A program made the translations under genes and the position numbers. From Carcharhinus longimanus (Eukaryota): a stretch of DNA of 63,855 nucleotides. The stretch covers positions 22,898,517-22,962,371 of the forward strand of contig JASCQW010000122.1 in the NCBI GenBank assembly GCA_030264375.1. Reading direction: 5' to 3'. The notes below the pieces were generated by a model. It had not been told where the DNA came from. It ran no database searches and was given only the letters and a program-made list of their open reading frames with translations. Positions 1-11,620 of this stretch are shown piece by piece; position 1 is the stretch's first letter, and every line of letters starts with the position of its first letter.

Positions 1-396
1 ATATGGCTCCTGCTCTGACCAAGACCGCAAGAAACTACAAAAGGTCATGAACATAGCCCAATCCATTACGCAAACCAGCCTCCCATCCATTGACTCTGTT
101 TACATTTCCCGCTGCCTCAGCAAAGCAGCCAGCATAATTAAGGAGGCACCCAGGACGATATAAAAGTCTGAGAGCACATACCAGCCGATTCAAGAACAGC
201 TTCTTCCCTGCTGTCGTCAAACTTTTGAATGGACCTACCTCGCATTAAGATGATCTTTCTCTACACTCTAGCTATGACTGTAACACTACATTCTGACTCT
301 CGTTTCCTTCTCTATGAACGGTATGCTTTGTCTGTGTAGCGCAAGAAACAATACTTTTCCCTGTATACAAATACATGTGACAATAATAAATCAAAT
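1..396 (+). mobile_element. 3' end of a Rex1/Babar-like non-LTR retrotransposon
   Basis: Encodes TSRFKNSFFPAVVKLLNG, typical of the ORF2 C-terminus; the 3'UTR ends in GACAATAATAAATCAAAT. Confidence 0.7.
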
Positions 397-811
397 TGCT
401 TTAGCTCCAAGAGCTATATCTAATTTCCTCTTGAAATTGCACAATGTTTTGGCCTCTACACCGAACTGGTGCCTGTGAAGGGAGCTCAGGAATGTAAACT
501 TCACCTAAGTGAATGACAGAGGTGTTTACACTCATGCTTTTTCTATCAGTATCAGGTACAGTTCAGGTGCAAAGAGCACCCTAGTGATTCCAGAGCTCCA
601 GAAGCTTGCCACTAAAGCACACAAATCAACCTGAATGACTTTCAGTTATGCTGCAACCCTTGTGTCAGTGCTAAGAAGAATCTTTTTCAGCAATGCTAAA
701 AGAGCAACATAACTGCAACATGAGATGTCATGAAAAACAATATGCCACAACTTTGCAGAACTGCCATTTCTAGGAAGCTTTTAGAGTGTCTGAGGATTTT
801 TTAAATGACCG

Positions 812-941
812 AGGGCGGAATTCTCTGGCTCTACTGGTCTAAAAGCTGGACATTCCCACCCGACTGTCAATGGGGATTCACATTGTCCTCAACCTGCCCA
901 CTAAAATTCCAGTCGCGGATGGAATGGGAGCATTCCGGCCC
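812..941. mobile_element. Short MITE-like element with imperfect terminal inverted repeats
   Basis: GGGCGGAATTCTC ... GAGCATTCCGGCCC; similar ends occur at 17878-17996. Confidence 0.5.
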
Positions 942-1826
942 AAATCTTTGCTTATTTTGATTAACTGTGAGGGCAGGCTGGATGAGCAGCCATTAATACA
1001 TGATTCATTTTATGATAGTACATTTATTTGGGTTCAGGCTTTATACAACAGTGCTTGTTTTCATAGACAGAAAATATTTTGTACAAAGTTTCTGCTGGTT
1101 TCCAGGGGGTTTTAACAATTTGCCCTTTTCAGATTTTTTTAGGGGTCACATCTGTCCTTCAGATTCAGTAACAACAGACTTGCAGGACATTCTGGTGTCT
1201 CTTCCAGGTTTATTCACAACCTTCACTGCTTGCATTCACTTGAATTGCTGGATGTGCACATTCGAGCATTAACTTTAAAACCAATAAAGGTACAGAAGGA
1301 ACAAAAACAAGTGAACTGGACGGTCTAAATCAGGACAGCTGGTGGGATGAACCTGAAGGGTATTGAAAGAAAAAACAGACAAGGTTTTTCCCTTTGATTC
1401 CTTCTGTACACCCTCATTTGTACATTAGGATGGAACAAAGGCTATAACGTTTCTTAATTAATTCTTAATTACACTGAGCCTACACTGGCTAATAGTGAGT
1501 TGCAGTGTTCCTGTTTGCAGCTTCACAGCGTTACCTTTTTTTTCTATCAGTTAGCTAAAACACGGGAAAACCCAATTGCCGAAATCCAATTTCCAGCCGT
1601 TAGCATAAAAAGCGTAGTCATTCTGCTGTTGACCACCCCTCCGTCCCCCACGATTAGTCTCAAGAAACGAAAAATGCCAACATTTCTACTCCTGACCACT
1701 TTGCAGTTAGCCTGTCGGAACTGTCTNNNNNNNNNNNNNNNNNNNNNNNNNNNNNNNNNNNNNNNNNNNNNNNNNNNNNNNNNNNNNNNNNNNNNNNNNN
1801 NNNNNNNNNNNNNNNNNNNNNNNNNN

Positions 1827-1982
1827 TATGGATTAAGTGAATTGGCTACGCTAAATTGCTCCTTTGTGTCAGGGGTACTAGCTAGGGTAAATGCATGGGG
1901 TTATGGGGATCGGACCTGGGGTTGTGGTTGGTGTAGATGTGACAGGCTGAATGGCCTCCTTTTGCATGTAGGATTCTATGAT
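1827..1982 (+). mobile_element. HE1-like SINE, 3' part (after an N gap)
   Basis: GCTAAATTGC...AATGGCCTCCTTTGCATGTAGGATTCTATG tail shared with the other copies. Confidence 0.7.
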
Positions 1983-2267
1983 TTAATGGAACATGAACTG
2001 ATTGTATCAACAATGAACTGTTTGATGTGCTCTGAAGCTGCCAGTCAGAAAAGCTTTTTGTGGGAAATAGAAAATCATTTCCTAGTGTAAAGAAACCTCG
2101 GCTGATCCCATCTTTGATCTGCTCTGGAGCTGTCAATAAAAGCAGTTGCAAGAGCTGGCAGAGCAGCTAGGGCTCATTCAAGCTAGAAAGAGGGAATCCC
2201 CTTAGTGAAATTCAAAGCTCTTGTCAATCAGTAGTGATCAGGTTCTCGTCCAGAGCAGACGAGAACT

Positions 2268-2609
2268 TTCAAACTTTAAAAACTTTAAACTTTATTTATT
2301 CATGCGACAAATAGGTTTAAATTAACACTGCAATGAAGTTACTGTGAAAATCCCCTAGTCCGGCGCCTTAAGATGGTTTCTGTCAGATCTTTCTCAGTAA
2401 CTTACAGAAAAGTTACATTTATTTATAGGTACACTGAGGGAGAATTTTAGCATGACCAATCCACCTAACCGATGGATTGTTTTGAAACCAGAACACCCGA
2501 AGGAAACCCACACAGACACGTGGAGAACATACAAACTCCTCACAGTAACCCAAGCAGGTCCCTGGAGCTGTGAGGCAGCAGTGCTAACCACTGTGCCACC
2601 ATGCCGCCC
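2268..2609 (-). mobile_element. HE1-like tRNA-derived SINE (tail type A) with an internal 60-bp insertion
   Basis: Head GGGCGGCATGGTGGCACAGTGGTTAGCACTGCTGCCTCACAGC on the minus strand; tail matches the copies at 7042, 7955 and 14104. Confidence 0.85.
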
Positions 2610-2974
2610 TTTTTTTAATGCAGCGGGCCGGGAGACTCATAATGGGTTGGACTCCCAGCAGAAATCTCGATTTGGCCCTCTCGTCCGATGCAATATGCCA
2701 TCAGGATTCCCAGCTGGGGCTAGCAGCCCAGGAGAATCAGCCCCAAAGATCAGACACATTGCTGTCACACAGTATGCAAGCTGCAGAACTGTAATATTTG
2801 TCACTGCAGCCACCAGTTTCACTTTCTTCTTTTCTAAAACTTTTCAGAAGTTTTTTCTTGCCAGAGTGAATTTCAGATTAAGTGTCTTTCCTATTGGCTG
2901 CAGGTACATTGGGTGAATTTGTGATGTCCTTATGAGTAATGAAAGGCTGTGAACCAAACTCACCTCAACTTAAT

Positions 2975-3156
2975 GCTAGAAAAATGCAGCAGGTCTGGCA
3001 GCAACTGTGGAGAGAGAAACAGAATTAATATTTCAGGTTTCTATGGCTACACATTCAAAACATTAATTCTGTTACTCTCTCCACAGATGCTGCCAGATCG
3101 GCTGAGCTTTTCCAACATTTTCAGATCTCCAGCATTTGCAGTCTTTTGCTTTTATT
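2975..3156. mobile_element. Inverted-repeat terminus of a Penelope-like element (family 2)
   Basis: CTGGCAGCAACTGTGGAGAGAGAAACAGAATTAAT faces ATTAATTCTGTTACTCTCTCCACAGATGCTGCCAG; related pieces at 14745-14812 and 25238-25343. Confidence 0.6.
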
Positions 3157-4434
3157 TTAATACGTCTCAAATTAACAGCTTTGAAATAAGGAAAAGCATG
3201 AAGAACCAATGTGAATATAACTTGGGGGTACAAAAAAAAACTCCTGAAGATGGTTTTCTCTCAGATCCTTCTCAGTAACTTACAGAAAAGTTACATTTAT
3301 TTATAGGTTAGTAAGATTTTATTTTCTGTGTATGGAACCAATGGTCGATGCCTGTCTGTTATTTTCCCTCTCTTCCACACCCCCACCTCTTTCCCATTTA
3401 TTGTATTCTAAATTATTTTTCTCAATGTATATATGGGTATATATCAAGGATATTCAGCATTTTTATAACATAGTATTAACATGTATTCTTTTTATATAAA
3501 GAAGCAGTTAGCACATTATTCCCCCAGCAAAGGATGGAGGATAACAGAGCAAATGATCTGTAAAATGTAATCTTTGACCTTTACTTCAGTACTCTGTGTC
3601 CCAGCACAATCAACAGAGCTACTCTGGGATATACATGGGTTACCCAATGTAATATTTAGTACTATACCTCCAAGTACCAGCAATTGTATTCCTGATAGTT
3701 TTTTTCCAAAGAAAGATCAAAGAAAGTGCAAAGCACAGAAAATGTTCCCCCAAAGCTCTCTTGGCTTTCTAGCGATTCAGGAGATCCGAGTGTCTTGGTT
3801 TTTGATTGGACTGATTGCACGGAGTTATTCTGGTCTCCCATATTGTCATAGTTATTTCCAAACTCTTACGCAAACTCCTGAATAATCCAAAGGCTCAAGA
3901 GTTCAAAGAGAGGATGAAAGGCCTGCAAACTCTTCTTCAATTCCTTCCATCAGTCTTATACTGTAGAGGAGCTAGCCAGAGGCACCTAGACAGGGGTAGA
4001 GGCTGGGGGGGTGGGAGGGGTGGGAGGCAAGAGTGATATTTCACCTTGTGTAGCAATGCACATAGCAACGTACTGAAGAACAAATCAGATATTGTACAAA
4101 ACTAGTTGGGCAAAGCAGTCCATTAGTGAACCTTATCTAAAATGAACAAATATGAATGGCTTATCCTCGCTGTCTCCAATTACAGACTCCCTGTCATTTA
4201 TTCAAATCCAGAAAGCTTTACTGTAGCTCAAATCATGCCTCAAACATCCAGCCATCCACTTCTCAATAACACCATGTGTAGCACAGGCTGTGTCAATCNN
4301 NNNNTCTCCATTAACTAAAACCTTCTGTGTGGTCCTATATTAGAAAAAAAACAATGTACTCTCTATAAGGTTGAATAATATTACAATAAATTACCTCAGA
4401 AATGCTATTAGTTGTAAAACCCTAATAGTCCTTC

Positions 4435-5437
4435 CTAAATTAAAATAAATTACCTGAGAAAGGCCCTCATAACAGCCATCATTCAACTGGTTTTACGTTC
4501 AATGGAAGTTTACTGTGCAGCTGTGAGATGGAACTCGGTTAAGGAAAAGGTTAAAAAAAACAGCGACAAAATCTGTATTTCTGCAAAAAGAAAACAAGAA
4601 ATGCAGTAAAGCATCAAAAATTAAAGGAAAACTTTGCACGTAATCTTTCAACAAAATTGAGCTTTTTTTTCCCCGGAAGTTTATCATGCATGTTACACAT
4701 TCTGAGAATTTTCTCTCCTTATTACAGGTTTCAATATTGAGTGTTTATATTTCTGTACCTCACGGGTTTATAAATACACTGTGGGAACTTTAACTTCCCC
4801 TACCTACCCAAAGGAAACTGAGCGGACGGAGAGTGACCGAATGGGTGACCAGCCAGCTAAAATTTATTCCCACTTGGCTGCTAATCTGGATGCCATATTT
4901 TTCAGAAATAAACTGGAAAAATATCAACGAAACTCAGGATCCTATTCTAGCACAAGTATCCCAAAGTCCGGGGATTGTTGCCTTTGCAAAGTAAGGCTGG
5001 CACAGCAGTTAGTACTGCTGCTTCACAGCACCAGGGACCCAGGTGACTGTGCGGAGTTTGCATGTTCTCCCCATGTCTGCGTGGGAAAATACTGGGGTTG
5101 TGGGGACAGGGCCTGGGTAGGTTCGATGGGCCAAATGGCCTCCTTCTGCATCATAAGGACACTATTTTGCACTGACCTTTGACCCATTGGACAGCCCAGA
5201 AACTACACATTAACCTGCTAGGTCATGGCCAGGAAGTGGGTCTGCAGCCACGTTAACAAGACTTAGCTAAATTAAAATAAATTACCTGAGAAAGGCCCTC
5301 ATAACAGCCATCATTCAACTGGTTTTATGTTCAATGGAAGTTTACTGTGCAGCTGTGAGATGGAACTTGGTTAAGAAAAAGGTTAAAAAAAATCAGCGAC
5401 AAAATCTGTATTTCTGCAAAAAGACAACAAGAAATGC
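4435..5437 (+). repeat. Direct repeat of about 170 bp (4435-4604 and 5267-5437); the second copy is cut by an N gap
   Basis: Near-identical copies starting CTAAATTAAAATAAATTACCTGAGAAAGGCCC, with a few substitutions. Confidence 0.9.
4996..5160 (+). mobile_element. HE1-like SINE, internally deleted
   Basis: TGGCACAGCAGTTAGTACTGCTGCTTCACAGC head and GATGGGCCAAATGGCCTCCTTCTGCA tail. Confidence 0.75.
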
Positions 5438-6579
5438 NNNNNNNNNNNNNNNNNNNNNNNNNNNNNNNNNNNNNNNNNNNNNNNNNNNNNNNNNNNNNNN
5501 NNNNNNNNNNNNNNNNNNNNNNNNNNNNNNNNNNNNNNNNNNNNNNNNNNNNNNNNNNNNNNNNNNNNNNNNNNNNNNNNNNNNNNNNNNNNNNNNNNNN
5601 NNNNNNNNNNNNNNNNNNNNNNNNNNNNNNNNNNNNNNNNNNNNNNNNNNNNNNNNNNNNNNNNNNNNNNNNNNNNNNNNNNNNNNNNNNNNNNNNNNNN
5701 NNNNNNNNNNNNNNNNNNNNNNNNNNNNNNNNNNNNNNNNNNNNNNNNNNNNNNNNNNNNNNNNNNNNNNNNNNNNNNNNNNNNNNNNNNNNNNNNNNNN
5801 NNNNNNNNNNNNNNNNNNNNNNNNNNNNNNNNNNNNNNNNNNNNNNNNNNNNNNNNNNNNNNNNNNNNNNNNNNNNNNNNNNNNNNNNNNNNNNNNNNNN
5901 NNNNNNNNNNNNNNNNNNGGGGGGGGGGGTGAAGCATTAACCTTTTAAAATTGATGAATGCACATGGGTATGTTGGATAGATTTTAATGCTTGGTAGTGA
6001 AGTATTAGCTCGAAGTGCAGTGCAAGTTTAGTACGCAACTCTACATGGGAATTGACACACCCTGTCACACATGGATTGATGGCCTATGATGATACTTGAA
6101 CCCACAAGCGATGAGTGCGAGAGAAACACTGCGCCACAGTGGCACCAGGTTGCCTGTTAAAGCAAGATTCTTTTGCTTTAGGAAATAAGCTGTGGCATTA
6201 TATTACTATAAACCATAGTTTTCAATAAAGAGAAACATATTTATATCTAATATACTGCCATCAATTCTGTTTATAATTAACATTCACATAGCAAAGACAA
6301 TATGGTTTTGATTCATCTGCAGATTATTTTACTCAGGCCCTGTGATGAATACTTATTGTTCGTTTCCTTCTGGAGGCCGTATGTGCCACATAATCAAACT
6401 CCCCACAATGTTTTTGTATCCATCAGAATGACTGGCTTGCATTTATCTATCATGGGTTGTCTTTTCCAGGTTAGAAAATCATTTCTAACTTCTCCATATT
6501 AAGACTAAGCCTCCTCACGTGCTAATAGAGCTAATAGTGCAACAATAGCCACCAGGTCTCGATAACCAGTGAAGAGAAA

Positions 6580-6830
6580 TAAGGAACCTGTATTTGTAAA
6601 GTGCCTTTCATTTCAAGGGACAAAATTAAATCATTAATTTTGGAAATATAGCCACTATTGTTTTGCAGTGAGACACAGCAGCTAACCTGGGCACAAAGTC
6701 CCGTTGACAGCAATGAGATAAATAACCAGATAATGTTTTCTTGGTCTTGATTGAGGGATAAGATTTGGTCAGGAAACTAAGGAGGATTTTTCTGCAATTC
6801 TCTGTGCTGTCAATGATCCTTTTGTTTCCT
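6580..6830 (-). mobile_element. Degenerate Deu-domain (SacSINE1-like) SINE fragment
   Basis: Resembles the reverse complement of 25895-26060 (TTGATTGAGGGATAAGATTTGGTCAGGA). Confidence 0.45.
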
Positions 6831-7041
6831 TAGCTTTGACAGAAACTTTGCGAGGTAAATGAGGCAGCAGTCTGACCACTGCAGATGTCTCCGGTCTCCA
6901 GAGGTTAGGGGAGTAGAGCAAAAGTAGTAAGCAGACATGCCAGTCAGCATTTCTTCTGACTGCGGCAGGACACACACAGGCCCGTATCGCAGCAGCCTAC
7001 CTTTAGCCTGAGCACACATTCCCTGGTCATTACGGAAGGTT

Positions 7042-7346
7042 GGGACATGGCACAGTAGTTAGCTGCCTCAGGGCGCCAGGGACCCTGGTTCAATTTCCCA
7101 GCTAGGGTCACTGTTTGTGCAGAGTCTGCACATTCTACCCGTGTCTGCATCTGTTTCCTCTGGGTGCTCCAGTTTCTTCCCAAAGTCCGAAAGACATGCT
7201 GGTTAGGTGCATTGGCTATGCTAAATTCGCCCTCAGTGTACCCAAAGAGGCGCCAGAGTGCTGCAACTAGGGGATTTTCTCAGTAATTTCATTGCAGCGT
7301 TAATGTAAGCCTACTTATGACTAATAAATAAACTTTTAAAACTTTT
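7042..7346 (+). mobile_element. HE1-like SINE (tail type A)
   Basis: tRNA-like head with A/B boxes; tail CTAGGGATTTTCTCAGTAATTTCATTGCAGCGTTAATGTAAGCCTACTT...AATAAATAAACTTT. Confidence 0.85.
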
Positions 7347-7954
7347 ATAGTCAAATGGCCAGAATTGAAGTTAAACAACTGTCCATAAAGAGTTGGTTCC
7401 CTATTTGATCACAAGTGCCATGAATTCCACATAATCTAAATTCTGCAGCACCAACCATAACAGCTTACAACCAAAAAACATTATATAAACAAAAGCTAAG
7501 AGCAAAATTCCTCAAGGCTTTTGAGGATTAGATCAAGAAGATGGGCTACTTGTAGAGAAGGCTGAAAGTACTTCTGAAAGGAAAGGTTTCCAAATAACTT
7601 GGGAAAAATGCAGTAAACTAAAGAGATTTGGGGAGGCTGACCCAGTATGTTGGCACCAGGTTTTGTAATGTCTTCAACAGATGTTTGAGTGATGGTGGTG
7701 CCTGCAGTTGGCCAGCATTGGAAGAGCACAAACATTAGACTTACAAAGTTTGCAACAGTAGGAAAGGAAAAGAATGCATTTGAAAATGAAGGTACAAGTC
7801 AAAAAGCATCTCAGAAACAAAACTAACACATTGAGTGGCATAGGGAAGTCATGTTCTGTCTTGTTCCAAAGGAGGTTGTAAACTCTAGGATCAACAGCCA
7901 CAATAATGTAACAGTAGAGTTTGTATTTATCTTTTAAAGTTTTTATAGTTTAAA

Positions 7955-8254
7955 CATTTTAAAGTTACTTATTAGTGTCACAAGTAGATTAACACTGCAA
8001 TGAAGTCACTGTGAAAATCCCATAGTTGCCACACTCCGGCACCTCTTCGGATACACTGAGGGAGAATTTAACATGGTCAATGCACCTAACCAGTGCATCT
8101 TTGGACTGTGGGAGGAAACTGGAGCACCCGGGGGCAACCCACGCAGACAGGGGGAGAACATGCAAACTCCACATAGACATTGACCCATGCCGGGAATCAA
8201 ACCTGCATCCCTGACGCTGTGAGGCAGCAGTGCTAACCACTGTGCCACCATGCC
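7955..8254 (-). mobile_element. HE1-like SINE (tail type A)
   Basis: Reverse complement of the 7042 copy; source of spurious ORFs 7989..8345 and 8006..8251. Confidence 0.87.
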
Positions 8255-10114
8255 ACTGCCATCTTAAAACTCTGATTAAATTTACAGAGGGTAAGCAGCA
8301 GTGAAATCTGTGCTCAGAAAACTTTACGGAACTTTCACCTAACATGGCAAAAAATATTCCATTTCGACAGACTTTCTAAATGTCATGAAGGTTTTTGGGG
8401 CTGGCCATTGACTGTGCCACTTCTAAATTCCTGAGTTGCTCACTACTTCATATTGAAATTACTACCCAGGAAATTTTGGACTAAGCTCACAGCAGGAATT
8501 TTGGCATGCAGGTTGAGTGTACATCAGGAAATTATGTGTCAACACATTTTTTTTTTTACAGAAAGCACTACAGGCATAAACTTGCACACACAACCTGCTT
8601 TCAGATTGGAATGGGACAATAGTGCAGGAAATTTCACCTTGACCCTGCTGTCGTCTTTTTGGTCTGATCCTTCGGGAACGGGCAAGGTTGCCTCGTGAAA
8701 TATCCTCCCTGTACAATGCAAATCAGAGTCCTACAACATCATAACAGGACTGGACATAGTGCAGCCTAGCTTTAAAGGAACTACTGGAAGCCAGTCTATA
8801 AATGGGATGGGTAGGAGATTCTTAAGCAAGACTTGTTGCTCATTCTGGCCCAATGCCCAAATGTCTGTCAGTTGCTGCCAGGATTGCTTCCCTCTCTTAA
8901 CTCCAATCAACATCTCACCCCATGGAGAAACACCAGATTTTCAGCCTCCGCCCTCAATCAGTTTTCCCTATATAAATCTTAAATGTCACTTTTGATAAAT
9001 GTGTGATACCAGATGATTGGGGAGATTGTTCAGGGATATCGGGAAAGTGCAATGCAGTGTGATTAGTTTCAGATTGCTGCACTAAATTACTGGCGCAGAC
9101 ATGATAAGCCAAATAGCTTTCTTCTATACTGCAAACTTCAAGTGACTGTAATGTAATAAACTGAATATAATGTCTGATCAAAATGGTTCATAGCACTACC
9201 CATTTTCAGAGCCCAGGTTTATAAGCTTGATCCAACCACCTCTCACCTGAAAAAAAACACATCAATACTGTTTCTCCAAGCCTATTGCATTACAAAATAG
9301 TACAATCCCGCCAAAACACCATGATCATGAACTGTCAACGTACTGTATATTCATTATGTTCCCTGCCACAGGGCTAGAAACACTTGGCCTTATTGCTGTA
9401 TTTAGCAAGATGAGCAGCATTGTAGGGCTGGGACAGTGGTTGGCAGTGGAGCAGCTGGTCCATTGTTTACAACTCATCACCAGTGTTACTGTGAATCTAT
9501 CGCCATTCGTGGACTATTACACACTCGTACTTGTCATTCAAAAGTAAGTAATTGAGGCATTGCCAAATTGGCTACGGTTCAGATGCTCCAGCTGGGAGGT
9601 GCTCATCAGGTCAGAAATGCAGACAATGTGCCTTATCCTGTAGATGTGTTCTCCAGCCGTTAATTCTTCATGGTTTCACAATGCAGGGAAACTGCATTGT
9701 AAACTAAGATTACTCTCGGGCAAAATGGTGCTGGAACAATGAATGGTGAAGTTTATTTCTTTTGGCTCTGGTTATGCCTCCCCTTGATAGGTGTAGAGGA
9801 TCTCCACCTGACAGTAGGTAAAGACCATCTACTTTGCTAGGTTTAAGATGACCAATACTGCAAGGCAGCATGCGTTAAAAACGGAGTCCCGCGACCAGTA
9901 TCTCAGTTCTGAAAGATGATGCAGTCTCGTTTTCTGATTCTGAGGCTTGGTGTCTTCTACGTATTACAGAAGAAAAGTATCAAGTTTAGCATGATCACAG
10001 AAGGAACAACTTATAAAAAATGCGCATTTACTTTTCCATGAGACTAATCATTTGTGAAAGTAAAGCAATGATGACATTCTCAAGTATTTAAAAATATCCT
10101 TAATCTAACTTTAA

Positions 10115-10560
10115 AATCATAGAATGATGCAGGACAGGAAGAAACAATTCAGCCCACTTCATCTGGACTGACTCTTTCATTGAGCTATCCAATTAATTCC
10201 ACCCCATTGCTCTATAATATTTCCCCCTTCAAGTATTTATTGAATTCTCTTTTGAATGGTACTATTGATTCTGCTTCAACCACACTCTGAGGCAGTGCAT
10301 TCCAGATCACAAGTTGCTGTCTCATGTCACCTCTAGTTCTTTGCTATTCATCCTGCATCCCTGTCCTCTGGTTACCAAACAATCTGCCACAGGAAACAAA
10401 TTGATCCTCCTTATTTAACCTATCAAGACATTGATGAGCTTGAATACTTCTATCAAAGCTCCCCTTAGTCTCTTGTGCTCCAAGCAGAATAGCCCCAGCT
10501 TCTCCTGTCTCTCCACAACTGAAGTTCCTCATCCCTGGTGCTATTCAAGTGAATTTCCAT
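10115..10560 (-). mobile_element. Degenerate CR1-like LINE 3' fragment
   Basis: Starts with AATCATAGAA (reverse CR1 tail) followed by decayed ORF2-end sequence. Confidence 0.65.
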
Positions 10561-11620
10561 TGTGAACTCATCACAGGCTTCTCAGGTTTATATCGCATTA
10601 CCACAGCCATCCCTGGTTATAGTTTTCACAACATATTAATTTACATTTGGCTGGAATCATTGTAACATTGTGTTCGCAGGTTGACACCTTCGCCTCTTCC
10701 TAAATTATTTGTTTACACATTGAGTTGATTTTCCATGGAATGATTAGGCTGTGCAAAAAGCAAGGGAGCCAAATGGACAAGTCAGAAGAACGTGCATCAC
10801 AAGTATCACGTTCCCTATTAGCTTTATTCTAATCTATATTCCATTCAGGTTGTGCCATGGTTTATAAACAAAGGACCCAACTGTGGATGAACATAGAAAA
10901 TATCACAGCTCCTTCCACGCTTTATTTGACAATTGGTTTAAGGCAGTAGGCATCATTCTTTCACCTTGGATCTGAACACCCCAGTAACTAGTTTCTAGGC
11001 CTTGAAGCATGCAGCATTCAGCAAGGTGGACCACGATTGTAGAAAGTTGATCAATTATTATATTCAAATAAGAACTAAGCTACTGATTCAAGGACAAGTG
11101 TGCTGAGAACAGCAAGGTACCAGAAACTTCTCATTTAGAGGTACTTTTATCCATGTTTTTTGCACATCGATGTTCCTTTTTGCTCCCCATCCCTCTCACT
11201 CCAAGAGGAAATGAATATTTTTTAATCAAGCTGATATTTATCAAGAGGAATGTAAAAGCATAATTACACTACGGATAAATCCAAGTTGTGGATTGGCTTT
11301 CTTTCCAGATCCGGAACGTACAACATTTCACAAAGTCCTTCTCCTTGAGACATTAGCACTACCTGGAAAATCTATATTTGGCTGGAAGAGGGAAGTTGTA
11401 CACATTACAATTCCCATTCTAAAGGGGATATGCTTCCAGCATGCTACAGGAATATAAAAGTGGGCCATAGAATTTGCAGCTATTTTGCAAAGTATTGATG
11501 AAGCAACGGAATTGATCTAGGCTTTTAATGAAACATGTTCCAGCTGGAGCTAGCATCTAAATTAGCTCTCTGCTATAACTACAAATACAAGTTTTCACCT
11601 CACATCAATCATAAATTTGA

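Noticed and set aside
5334-5948. Long ORFs of 168-204 aa (also at 1500, 17046 and 53527)
   Set aside because: Their length comes from reading through N gaps
7989-8345. Recurrent similar ORFs (MVAQWLALL..., LDCGRKPEH...) suggesting a gene family
   Set aside because: They are translations of HE1-like SINE copies
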